From: a virus
Lineage: Duplodnaviria > Caudoviricetes
DNA length: 27,145 nt
Virus record (IMG/VR): IMGVR_UViG_3300044620_000978
Coordinates: 1-27,145 of that record
Direction: 5' to 3' (one strand)
The notes below the pieces were generated by a model. It was not told the DNA's origin and made no database searches. It saw nothing but the letters and a program-made list of their open reading frames with translations. The translations under genes were made by a program, and so were the position numbers. Shown piece by piece: positions 8,429 to 16,621 of this stretch (its first letter is position 1; each line of letters begins with the position of its first letter).

Positions 8429-10203
8429 TCGTCTACCTTCATGAACTCCAAGACCTCAAATGGGAAAACTTTTCCTCTACGCATCTTTGTTGGGAACTTT
8501 CGCCTATCTCGTGCGCCACGGAAATGTGAAACATTGTAGACAAAACCCTCAGTTGATGTTGGGTCTGGCGTCAATGATAGACCGAACTCGGGCCAGCGAG
8601 ACCAAACTGCTGAACCGAACGGACGCAAATCCCTGGAACCCATTGACGAGCCGAGTGGAGCGTGATGCTCAAGCCACATGGCGCAGCCGTAGGTGTCCCG
8701 CAATCCATCCAGATACTTCGCAACCTCAATCGCAATAGACTCAGAGGTCCGTCCGCCTGGGTCTACGAATGCTTTGTACAAAGGTCCCATCACAAGCAAC
8801 TGAGGTTTTGATTCCTCAATAGCCTTCTCCAACACAGCACGGTCAGACATTTTCAGTAAATCTAAACCAGCAGGTTTGATGAGCAATTCAGCGTGGACAG
8901 TAGATGAATGTCCCAATCGCTTGGCTGCATTCATGATGTTGCGTGAGGTGCGACGGATGATGCGTTCAGGGTTCTCCAAGTCAACAGTCAATGTACGAAC
9001 AGGTTCCATCTTTGACATGGTGAACGGGTTGATGCCAGCGCTTGCACAAATAGCAACTTGTCGTGCCAGCATAGTTTTGCCAACACCTTCGGCTGCAACA
9101 ACAATAACTCGCTCTTGCTTCTCAATAACACCTGGGATTACCCACTCATACGAGTCGTCATCTGCTTCTTCCAAGAAATCTTCCCAGTGAACAAGCCGCC
9201 CGATGTCGGTTGCCGCCCCACGGGTGAATGAGTTGAGCAGGATGCCAGCGCGATTGATGCGGGACTCTTCAGAGAGGTCGTCACGATGTAGGAGTTTAGT
9301 GAGTCCAGACAGAAGTTCATCCATGTGGGACGATTCTTCGGGTTCTTCTTCGGGAACATCTTCCAGTTCCTCGGGTTCAGCAGGAATGTGTTCTTCTACT
9401 GAATCTGTGAATGAGTCAAGGTCGGTGACTGACTTGCCATCTTCGTACAAATCTGTAACATCTTTGTATCCCTTTGGCGGTATTACAAGTGTAACATGAC
9501 AGCCAGCATCTGTCAAGTTTTTAGAAACATCAAGTGCGTGCTTGCGACCAGGTTCATCATTGTCTGAACAAATCACAACATTCGCACCCGACAATGTTTC
9601 GGTATGCATTTCAGTCCAAGTTCCAGCGCCATTCGGCATTGTCGTTGCATGGTAGCCAGCATCAACAAGTGTGTCAGCATCTTTTTCGCCCTCAACAACC
9701 CAGATTATTTCGTTGTTCGCAACAGCATTCGCAATCTGCGGGAGTCGGTAAAGAACACGCGGGACTTCTCCCAACTGGTACGACCAGCCGCCGTTACCAT
9801 CAGGTTTGCGCTGACGGAAAGTTTTCTTCCCGTTTTCATCAACAAAGCGTTGCTTCTGGAACAAGAGTTCGCCAAGAGCATCTCGGTAATCATATGTTGC
9901 GATTAGAGATAAACTTTTAGACAACTTCTCTGAGGTAACTTTCACTTTTGCAGGTTCTTCGTCCTTTTTAGGGAACAAATCCTGCTTCTTTATTTTCATC
10001 GCATCGCAAATTTCATCAAGCGAACAACCGCCACCTCGATGGCAAGTTGCAAGAACACGACCATCATTGCCTTGACCGATGCTGAGCGACGGGTTCATGT
10101 CGTCGTTGCGACACGGGCATCTGGCATACCAGTTAGTCCCGCTTTTCTTTACGCCTTCCAGTTTGGAGAGGAATTCAGCAATCTGTGGCGATGCGTAGGT
10201 CAT
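8425..10203 (-). CDS. DNA primase-helicase (Zn finger, TOPRIM, RecA-like AAA ATPase)
   Basis: CPC..D..PSLSI...CH; VVEGEKDAD and DND; Walker A AAEGVGKT; VDLEN; EHH. Confidence 0.92.
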   Translation of the reverse strand: MTYASPQIAEFLSKLEGVKKSGTNWYARCPCRNDDMNPSLSIGQGNDGRVLATCHRGGGCSLDEICDAMKIKKQDLFPKKDEEPAKVKVTSEKLSKSLSLIATYDYRDALGELLFQKQRFVDENGKKTFRQRKPDGNGGWSYQLGEVPRVLYRLPQIANAVANNEIIWVVEGEKDADTLVDAGYHATTMPNGAGTWTEMHTETLSGANVVICSDNDEPGRKHALDVSKNLTDAGCHVTLVIPPKGYKDVTDLYEDGKSVTDLDSFTDSVEEHIPAEPEELEDVPEEEPEESSHMDELLSGLTKLLHRDDLSEESRINRAGILLNSFTRGAATDIGRLVHWEDFLEEADDDSYEWVIPGVIEKQERVIVVAAEGVGKTMLARQVAICASAGINPFTMSKMEPVRTLTVDLENPERIIRRTSRNIMNAAKRLGHSSTVHAELLIKPAGLDLLKMSDRAVLEKAIEESKPQLLVMGPLYKAFVDPGGRTSESIAIEVAKYLDGLRDTYGCAMWLEHHAPLGSSMGSRDLRPFGSAVWSRWPEFGLSLTPDPTSTEGFVYNVSHFRGARDRRKFPTKMRRGKVFPFEVLEFMKVDE

Positions 10204-10886
10204 GGGCAGACCTTACCGAACTCCACCCATGCTTTCCAAGTTTCTGGCATTTGTTCAGCGAACAACTTTTCTACTGCGTCTGCGAACTCACGAATTTCAC
10301 GCTGTGCGTTCGGGTCGGTGCGTAAAGCGAGAAAGTTCATCAAAGACCGTGCGTTTACTGTCCAATAAAACTGTGTGTACATAGAGACAGGAAGAACCAT
10401 GCGTGCAACTTCCTTCGCTACACCTGACTGAACAAGATGTGCGTATGTTTCATATGCTTTTTCATTAACTGAAGCAATCATCTCGACTGTGCTTTTTGCC
10501 AATGTTTCATTAACAGGCTCAAATGTGTATGCCCCTGGCTTGCCAACCTGAGTGCGGATTGCTGACTCGTCTGGGGTGAAGAATTCATTCGGGACTTCTG
10601 AGTACCGTGCAGAGAACTCATTAAAAGAACCGATGCGATGACGGAACCATTCTCGTGCAACAAACACTGGACACTTGACATGAAAACGAAACGCGTTATG
10701 CTCAAACGGAGTTCCATGATGTTCACGCATTAAAAACTTAATAAGCCCTTTGTCTGCGCCAGTTAATTCGTTGTGAAGTTCGCTTTGTTTTGCAAAACTT
10801 ACTCGTGCGGAATTAATAACTGATGCGTCGTCAGCCATTGATGCGTCCAGACGGACAAAGCCATCGCTAATATTCAGTTGGCTCAT
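10200..10886 (-). CDS. thyX: FAD-dependent thymidylate synthase
   Basis: HGTPFEH, REWFRHR..SFNEFSARY, NARSLMNFL.LR, AQREIR. Confidence 0.97.
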   Translation of the reverse strand: MSQLNISDGFVRLDASMADDASVINSARVSFAKQSELHNELTGADKGLIKFLMREHHGTPFEHNAFRFHVKCPVFVAREWFRHRIGSFNEFSARYSEVPNEFFTPDESAIRTQVGKPGAYTFEPVNETLAKSTVEMIASVNEKAYETYAHLVQSGVAKEVARMVLPVSMYTQFYWTVNARSLMNFLALRTDPNAQREIREFADAVEKLFAEQMPETWKAWVEFGKVCP

Positions 10887-11206
10887 ACGGAGTCCCGTTC
10901 TTTGTCTAATCGGCGTGATACACGCCTTGTTGAGTTGCTAATAGATGAAAGTGCTTCGGCAGTTAAATGAATGTTTCTGCGTCGGCGTTCGAGTTCTCTT
11001 TCGGATTCTCGTAATCCGCCCCATATTCCATGAGTTTCATTCGGCAATGAATACATCAAACACGCATTCCGAACTTCGCATTGGTTGCAAATCTTTACTG
11101 CGGTTCGTCCGTTTCTGATTGCTGTAACGCTTTTGTCTGGATACCACCAATCTGTGGGGTAGTCCCGACACGCACCTTTTTCAGCATCAAAAGTAATCTC
11201 TGGCAT
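10883..11206 (-). CDS. whiB: WhiB-family Fe-S transcription factor
   Basis: C-X21-CxxC-X5-C with GIWGGL turn and basic C-terminus. Confidence 0.93.
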   Translation of the reverse strand: MPEITFDAEKGACRDYPTDWWYPDKSVTAIRNGRTAVKICNQCEVRNACLMYSLPNETHGIWGGLRESERELERRRRNIHLTAEALSSISNSTRRVSRRLDKERDSV

Positions 11207-11253
11207 TGCTCTCCCCGTGTTGCGTGAATCCTACACGGGAAGAGAGTCAATCG

Positions 11254-11715
11254 TCAAACTGCTTTTCGGTCAGCCTTCGGGTCACGAAGTTCGTAAAGTC
11301 CACGCTTTAGTTTGCGGAAGATGTCAGGTCGGTCTCCGATGAACTTGAGTGCTGTCGGATATGAAATCTCACCAATCTCCATGATGGTGTTTGCAGTTAT
11401 CTGCTCAAAGAGATGTTCTTGTGTCCAGTCAATAATTGACTGATACTTGTCGGTGCGCTTCTGACGCTTAGAGAAAATCTCTGACTCCTCTGGTACTTCG
11501 CTCAGGTAGAAACCCCATACACGCCTGTCAATAGAGTAAGTCTTAAAGACCTCTGTTGGATTCGTGGATGGATTAGCAATGAGCGCATAGCCAGCACGGA
11601 GCCGTTCCCCTGCAAGGTATTGCTCCTCAGTTGGTACTTCTGACGGGTTCCCGTACTCGTCAATGAGTGCGGTAATCGTTTCCTTGTATGTGCGTGAGAT
11701 TGTCTCAGTATTCAT
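11254..11715 (-). CDS. Hypothetical protein (possible C-terminal winged helix)
   Basis: 153-aa ORF coupled to the upstream gene. Confidence 0.8.
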   Translation of the reverse strand: MNTETISRTYKETITALIDEYGNPSEVPTEEQYLAGERLRAGYALIANPSTNPTEVFKTYSIDRRVWGFYLSEVPEESEIFSKRQKRTDKYQSIIDWTQEHLFEQITANTIMEIGEISYPTALKFIGDRPDIFRKLKRGLYELRDPKADRKAV

Positions 11716-11978
11716 TACTTTCCTTGTCCTGCTACCTTTGCTTCGTACTGCTCTGCCTTGTAGCGATGGTATGTAGCGAGCGTTGCATTTGCACGCTCAA
11801 TGAAGCCGTTGATATTCTTTGCAAGACGAGCGAACTCTTGGTTCTCCATGACTCGCTCAATCTCAAGAACATTGCCTTGGTTGTTGTCAATGCGCTGACC
11901 TAACTCTAAGAGGTAGTCAGCCAGCATCTTCATGTCTTCGGTTGCATCGTTGATGACAAACTTGTGGTTGTGTTCCAT
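11715..11978 (-). CDS. Hypothetical protein
   Basis: AAGGAGG SD and box promoter upstream. Confidence 0.8.
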   Translation of the reverse strand: MEHNHKFVINDATEDMKMLADYLLELGQRIDNNQGNVLEIERVMENQEFARLAKNINGFIERANATLATYHRYKAEQYEAKVAGQGK

Positions 11979-12011
11979 GTTTAGTAGTCCTCCTTGTGAA
12001 CTGTTGAGATA

Positions 12012-12040
12012 ACTTTATCAGAAGGGTGTGTCAAAAGCAA
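12012..12040 (-). promoter_or_regulatory. Box promoter TTGCTT-t-TGACACACCC-N6-TAAAGT
   Basis: Box at 12024-12033; heads the whiB/thyX/primase operon. Confidence 0.75.
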
Positions 12041-12041
12041 A

Positions 12042-12476
12042 TCATTCATCCATGCGTGCAATACGCTTGGCTGTAGACAAATCCATAAACACCATTACAT
12101 AGCGTGCTTGCAGGTCACCCGAATCATCAACTTCTGAAACAACCTCAACCGCTTCTGGGGAAAGGCCCAGAGCCAAAACCAGCCCAGCCCGCAACCGTCC
12201 CGCATCCACCTCATACTCGGCATCAGCGTCGTACCACGGTTCCTCTAGCGGGACTTCGGCGTATGTCTCCCGCACAGCCAGGGATGCGAGTTCTTCGGCT
12301 TTCTCTTCCGCCACAACGCACCATGAGCAGGCAATCTTCGGCGCAGTTGATGGTCGCTTCCGTACCTCAGTGTGTCCGCAGGTCAGTCGGTGTCTGTATT
12401 CAACTTTTCCCCACTCGCCAGTTCGGTCGATAGAGAGAATGTCTTGTTGTGGTGCTTTTTTGAGGTTGATATCCAT
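12042..12476 (-). CDS. Hypothetical Zn-binding protein
   Basis: LTCGH...CSWC. Confidence 0.75.
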   Translation of the reverse strand: MDINLKKAPQQDILSIDRTGEWGKVEYRHRLTCGHTEVRKRPSTAPKIACSWCVVAEEKAEELASLAVRETYAEVPLEEPWYDADAEYEVDAGRLRAGLVLALGLSPEAVEVVSEVDDSGDLQARYVMVFMDLSTAKRIARMDE

Positions 12477-12480
12477 GAAC

Positions 12481-12509
12481 TTGACTTTGATACACCCATG
12501 TTGTAAGAT
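12481..12509 (+). promoter_or_regulatory. Box promoter TTGACT-t-TGATACACCC-N6-TAAGAT
   Basis: Leader CCTACTAGACAAAAGGAG at 12521. Confidence 0.8.
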
Positions 12510-12545
12510 GTTCTACATAACCTACTAGACAAAAGGAGTTAAAAA

Positions 12546-12692
12546 ATGGAACAACATGAGTGTGCCCGAGACGGCGACCCACATCTGTCCTGCGCTGGCG
12601 AAACTGTCATGCGTGCGGTTGAGTTCCCTGCGCCACCAGCACCGTACTGCGAATCGCATTGGGACGACATTTTGCGCAGTCTTTACCGATAA
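12546..12692 (+). CDS. Small Cys/His protein (48 aa, MEQHECARDGDPHLSC...YCESHW)
   Basis: Own promoter, SD and terminator; absent from the ORF track. Confidence 0.75.
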   Translation: MEQHECARDGDPHLSCAGETVMRAVEFPAPPAPYCESHWDDILRSLYR

Positions 12693-12703
12693 CTATTCGG
12701 TCT

Positions 12704-13120
12704 CTAAGCCCCTGCTTCGGCGGGGGCTTTTTGCTGTCCCACCAAATATTCCTTGGCTTCCACGACAGAATCAGCAAGGTCAGCAGACCAATCAAACAAC
12801 AAAGTAACAGCCCACGGCTTAATAGCCCAAACAGGCAATTCCCCCTTCATCGCAAGTTCCTGAGTCATCGGCTCGACCTTCTGCAAAACCTCCTGCACCA
12901 GCATCGCCTCTGTCTGGGCCTCAGCCTGACGAGCGAACCAGTCCCGCACCAGTTCCTGCTGCGCATCGCCACGCGGGGCTATTACGCCCTTCTCGGCAAG
13001 CAACGCATCACGGACAAATCTAGGCGGGAGCATCTTGTCCATCTCGGCATCAGGGTGCTTTTCGTTCCACAGGCTGAGGATAAGGTTCTGGATATCGTCT
13101 GGGAGAAGTTCGGAAATCAT
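12704..13120 (-). CDS. Hypothetical protein, leaderless, LexA-boxed
   Basis: 138-aa ORF; promoter TAGACA-N17-TAGTGT-N7-ATG. Confidence 0.75.
   Translation of the reverse strand: MISELLPDDIQNLILSLWNEKHPDAEMDKMLPPRFVRDALLAEKGVIAPRGDAQQELVRDWFARQAEAQTEAMLVQEVLQKVEPMTQELAMKGELPVWAIKPWAVTLLFDWSADLADSVVEAKEYLVGQQKAPAEAGA
12706..12732 (+). terminator. Intrinsic terminator
   Basis: AAGCCCCTGC-TTCG-GCGGGGGCTT-TTT. Confidence 0.8.
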
Positions 13121-13124
13121 GGGG

Positions 13125-13138
13125 CGAACACTAGTTCG
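13125..13138. promoter_or_regulatory. LexA (SOS) box CGAACACTAGTTCG covering the -10 of 12704..13120
   Basis: Perfect consensus. Confidence 0.8.
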
Positions 13139-13163
13139 GTCTTGGTCGGCTGTCTAGCACGAT

Positions 13164-13192
13164 TTGACATTGATACACCCCTGATGTATTAT
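13164..13192 (+). promoter_or_regulatory. Box promoter TTGACA-t-TGATACACCC-N6-TATTAT
   Basis: Drives the non-coding segment at 13199. Confidence 0.8.
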
Positions 13193-13198
13193 TTAGTT

Positions 13199-13288
13199 GT
13201 TATCCGTTGGGCTTCCCGAATGTCCATCGGTGGTTAAACGAAGCGAGTAGCGCCAACGGTGTGAAAGAAGCCGAACCCATCGGATAGC
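13199..13288 (+). ncRNA. Putative 90-nt structured RNA
   Basis: Begins at the predicted +1; 5' GTTATCCGTTGGG pairs with 3' CCCATCGGATAGC; no credible ORF. Confidence 0.55.
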
Positions 13289-13296
13289 CCCCCAAT

Positions 13297-13325
13297 TTGA
13301 CAATGACACACCCCTTTGGTATGAT
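13297..13325 (+). promoter_or_regulatory. Box promoter TTGACA-a-TGACACACCC-N6-TATGAT
   Basis: Leader ACTACTAGACACACCCGAGGAGG. Confidence 0.8.
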
Positions 13326-13365
13326 TTATCCATAACTACTAGACACACCCGAGGAGGTGAACTAA

Positions 13366-14064
13366 ATGAATACACGAGTAATGTTCGCAGGAGACATTCA
13401 CGGCAACCTTGACCATGCAGAATGGCTGTTCGGTCATGGCGTGGAGAATGATGTAGATGTCATCATCGCTTGTGGAGACTTCGGCTTCTGGCCTCACTAC
13501 GGCTGGGGCAAGACATACCTCAACGGCATTGAGCGTCTCGCACGAAAGTCAAACATCAAGTTGTACTGGATTGACGGCAATCACGAGAACCACGACATCA
13601 TTGACGAGTTGGTTGCTGAGAATGGCTCAGAAAACCTTATCCCTATTGGTAGCGAGTGGATTCAGTACATCCCACGAGGCTGTCGCTTCACTCTCGGTTC
13701 CAAGACAATCATGGGATACGGCGGTGCGTACAGTTGGGACTGGAAGCATCGTGAACTCGGACTCTCCTATTGGAAGCAAGAACTCATCAACGAATACAAG
13801 ATTGACGAGATTGCAGAAGAGAAGGTAGATATCCTTGTAACTCACGAAGCACCCTTCGGCAAGGAAATCTCCTACAAGGACGAAATCCCCATCTCTGTCC
13901 GTCAGCGTGAACTTGTCTTGGAAATCCAGAACAAGGTCAATCCCGACCTTCATGTGTGCGGTCACCACCACACACGGGAGAACTGGCAATCAGGAATTAC
14001 TGATGTTCATGTTCTTGGTCGTGATGACATGGCTGATGAGTCCGTGCTTATTATGGATATCTAA
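13366..14064 (+). CDS. Calcineurin-like metallophosphoesterase
   Basis: GDIHG, CGDFG, DGNHEN, VTHEAP, CGHHH motifs. Confidence 0.92.
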   Translation: MNTRVMFAGDIHGNLDHAEWLFGHGVENDVDVIIACGDFGFWPHYGWGKTYLNGIERLARKSNIKLYWIDGNHENHDIIDELVAENGSENLIPIGSEWIQYIPRGCRFTLGSKTIMGYGGAYSWDWKHRELGLSYWKQELINEYKIDEIAEEKVDILVTHEAPFGKEISYKDEIPISVRQRELVLEIQNKVNPDLHVCGHHHTRENWQSGITDVHVLGRDDMADESVLIMDI

Positions 14065-14073
14065 TCCCCCACA

Positions 14074-14119
14074 AAGAAAACCCCCACTCCGAGTTAATCC
14101 TCAGGGTGGGGGTTTTCTT
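14074..14119. terminator. Bidirectional terminator
   Basis: AAGAAAACCCCCAC...GTGGGGGTTTTCTT between convergent genes. Confidence 0.8.
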
Positions 14120-14154
14120 ATTGTTCGTTACGCCTCGCAGGACGGTTTAACGAA

Positions 14155-14595
14155 TCAGAAAGGTTCGTCTTCCTCAACAACCTTTGCGGTTGCCTTCTTG
14201 ACTGGGTTCGCCTTCTTGACTCCGCCTTCGCCTTCGGTGCGAGCCTTGCGAGTTACCTCGGAAAGTCCACCGACATTTGCGCCGATGCGGTCAGCCAGAA
14301 GTTGTACTCGTGAACGCTTTGCGCCAGTTTCCTTGTCTTCCCATGTTTGCTGTTCTAAGCGACCAACGATGATGACGCTCATTCCCTTTTCGAGAATGTT
14401 CGCTGCGTCTTCAGCGAGGTTTCTCCATGCAACAACATCGAAGTACGAGGTCTTTTCTTGACGCTCGCCGTCTTTGTCGTTCCAATATTCGTTACAAGCA
14501 ATACTGAATTCCAACTTGGGTGCTCCACCCGTTAGAAACTTTAACTCTGGGTCACTTGTCAAGTTCCCATAAATTGTTACTGCTGTAGATGCCAT
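14155..14595 (-). CDS. ssb: Single-stranded DNA-binding protein
   Basis: GNLTSDPELKF, VVAWRNLAE, KGMSVIIVGRLEQ, acidic EDEPF tail. Confidence 0.95.
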   Translation of the reverse strand: MASTAVTIYGNLTSDPELKFLTGGAPKLEFSIACNEYWNDKDGERQEKTSYFDVVAWRNLAEDAANILEKGMSVIIVGRLEQQTWEDKETGAKRSRVQLLADRIGANVGGLSEVTRKARTEGEGGVKKANPVKKATAKVVEEDEPF

Positions 14596-14676
14596 ACTAA
14601 TGCTCCTCAGATTGATGAAGCACGGAAGTCCCGTGGTTCACCGTGAATAGTAACAGGATGTGGTAGAAATAGCAAC

Positions 14677-14904
14677 ATGAATTCTAACGAAGCACGCCTT
14701 AAAGTTCACGGGGCTATTACGGAAGTTCTCGTAGCGATGGCTGTTGAGGACGAAGCAACCGACGACGAGATTGAGTCGCTCACAGAAGAAATGGGTGAAC
14801 TTGCTGATGTCATCATGGAAGACCTTGGCTTGGAAGTTATTTCAGTAAACGAAGATAAATCAATCAATGCCCTTCTGCGTCTGTTTATTGACGAGGAAAA
14901 CTAA
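14677..14904 (+). CDS. Acidic hypothetical protein
   Basis: 75-aa ORF filling the gap. Confidence 0.7.
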   Translation: MNSNEARLKVHGAITEVLVAMAVEDEATDDEIESLTEEMGELADVIMEDLGLEVISVNEDKSINALLRLFIDEEN

Positions 14905-15065
14905 TGAAACGCCGTGATTATCTAGCGAAATGCGATGAATGCGGTGCAATGTACGACCCAGATGCGGTCGAGCACATCACAGTAGAGGGTCAACCTTTGG
15001 CGAAGTGTTTGGTTGTTCCCTCTCCAACACCTCCCGAACCGCGCGGGTTAGATAAGTTTGACTAA
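14904..15065 (+). CDS. Possible small Zn-binding protein (53 aa, MKRRDYLAKCDECG...)
   Basis: TAATG coupling; overlaps the convergent gene by about 90 nt. Confidence 0.45.
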   Translation: MKRRDYLAKCDECGAMYDPDAVEHITVEGQPLAKCLVVPSPTPPEPRGLDKFD

Positions 15066-15429
15066 GGGAAAAAACTTCTCGTCGGTAATCCGACATCGCA
15101 GAAGTCCCGAGCACTTTACGCCAGATGTTTTCGTCAAAGATGTTGTGTCTACCCAGTAGATAATCCTCAACTTCGTACTTTTCCATCAGGATTTCTATGT
15201 CCCAGCCCATCTTGGTGCTGATGTAATTCATGAGGGAGATAGATACTTCGTCTTCTCCATGCTTTTCGTAAAGTTTGTCCAACAATCGAGATACTTCTTT
15301 GTTCACTCGCTTCTCTCTTCTGTCGGCTTCTATAAAGAACTGGCTGACCAGGTACGAAACAGTTTGTTCTGTGTCGGGTAGGTCAAGTGGGAACAGTTCG
15401 TCGTCGTCTTCGTCTTCGTAGTCGTACAT
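14977..15429 (-). CDS. Hypothetical protein (MYDYEDED...)
   Basis: Start reassigned downstream of the terminator; GAGG SD. Confidence 0.75.
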   Translation of the reverse strand: MYDYEDEDDDELFPLDLPDTEQTVSYLVSQFFIEADRREKRVNKEVSRLLDKLYEKHGEDEVSISLMNYISTKMGWDIEILMEKYEVEDYLLGRHNIFDENIWRKVLGTSAMSDYRREVFSLSQTYLTRAVREVLEREQPNTSPKVDPLL

Positions 15430-15463
15430 TCTTGCCTCACTTCTACTTGCTCTATCATAAACG

Positions 15464-15500
15464 AAAAGGGTGCCCCTCCGCACTGGAAGGACACCCTTTT
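15464..15500 (-). terminator. Intrinsic terminator after the DUF932 gene
   Basis: AAAAGGGTG...CACCCTTTT hairpin. Confidence 0.7.
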
Positions 15501-15512
15501 GTTGTTTTTGTT

Positions 15513-16538
15513 TTAGACGAGTTGCAGAACTGCGTGTTGTGTCTCAATCTTCTTTCGTGTTACCCACGAGTTGTCGTCCATTGACGCTTGCGCCATAGCC
15601 AACTTGTCGTCGTCACGATAGTGGTCGAGATACTCCACGATGGAGTTGTAGATACTCCAGCCGTTGTAGCCGTAGTTCTTTCCGTTTCGTTCATTGACAT
15701 AAAGCCCACGAACGAGTTGGTTGATTTCGTCACGGTTCTTGCGCTGACGGTCTGTTTCGTCTCTCTTCGCTGGGAAGACAGCGTTAACAACTTTGTCAAG
15801 CGATGACGAACCAAGAGGTACAGGGATAGCGAGCATGCGCTCTGCTGTTTCCTTAAACGACTTAGCCCAATCAATGGAGATACGCAACGCTTCGTTAGCG
15901 TCCTGAATTGCTGTGTCCACATTGCGTGTGTGACGAGCAGTAAAGGTGCGCTCAGCGTCTTTGAGACCCATGATTACAGTGTTCTGACATACAGCACGGA
16001 TATCGGTATTTGCATATCGAATCGGCCAAATGCCGTCATGACCAGTACTAACCACTAGGTAGCGAGCAATACGGTCGTTTACACCCATAGGGTCAATTAC
16101 AAGAGTTCCTAGGTCAATCGTGGAGAAGAAACGAGCGCCACCCTTGAGTACGCCACATGTATCAAGAACTGCATCGCCCTTGGTTGCACCGACAACTGCC
16201 AATGCACGCTCCATTACTTCACGGTTCTGACGCACTTCGTAACGAGTACCTACTGTTGCCAGTGGGTCGTAAGTGTTGTCGTCATTCTTGCGAATAGTTG
16301 CACGACTGTCCTCGATGATTACTGGGTGACCATTCTTATCAAGAATGAGTTTCCCGTCGTCATCAACCGCTGCGACCTTTGTTAATACAACATCGTAATC
16401 AGCCTGAGCCGCTTCCAACATTGCATCAAGGGTTTGGAGACCCTTCATTGGTTTTCCGAGACGGTGCCACGGTGCTTCACGGTCTGCGTATGCAAACCGA
16501 GCCTGTCCGTCTTTATTGACTTCCAAGTTATGTGCCAT
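15513..16538 (-). CDS. DUF932 phage/plasmid-like protein
   Basis: MAHNLE...PWHRLG, VGTRYEVRQN, L.GG.RFF, GHDG, IRAVCQNT, RHT, W..YN...EYLDH. Confidence 0.88.
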   Translation of the reverse strand: MAHNLEVNKDGQARFAYADREAPWHRLGKPMKGLQTLDAMLEAAQADYDVVLTKVAAVDDDGKLILDKNGHPVIIEDSRATIRKNDDNTYDPLATVGTRYEVRQNREVMERALAVVGATKGDAVLDTCGVLKGGARFFSTIDLGTLVIDPMGVNDRIARYLVVSTGHDGIWPIRYANTDIRAVCQNTVIMGLKDAERTFTARHTRNVDTAIQDANEALRISIDWAKSFKETAERMLAIPVPLGSSSLDKVVNAVFPAKRDETDRQRKNRDEINQLVRGLYVNERNGKNYGYNGWSIYNSIVEYLDHYRDDDKLAMAQASMDDNSWVTRKKIETQHAVLQLV

Positions 16539-16583
16539 GCCTTACCTTTCTAATAAAAACAAACCTTGTGGCTTGTTGAGATA

Positions 16584-16612
16584 AGTTTATCGGGTTACAA
16601 CTGGTTTGTCAA
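16584..16612 (-). promoter_or_regulatory. Sigma-A-type promoter TTGACA-N17-TAAACT (no spacer box)
   Basis: Consensus hexamers upstream of the DUF932 gene. Confidence 0.75.
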
Positions 16613-16621
16613 CTTAATTTA

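Noticed and set aside
12556-13237. ORFs 12556..12807 and 12659..13237 (+)
   Set aside because: They cross a terminator and promoters; the SD points to the 12546 frame instead
13199-13288. Hammerhead ribozyme or tRNA
   Set aside because: It has a stem followed by GAAA but no CUGANGA core; no T arm or CCA
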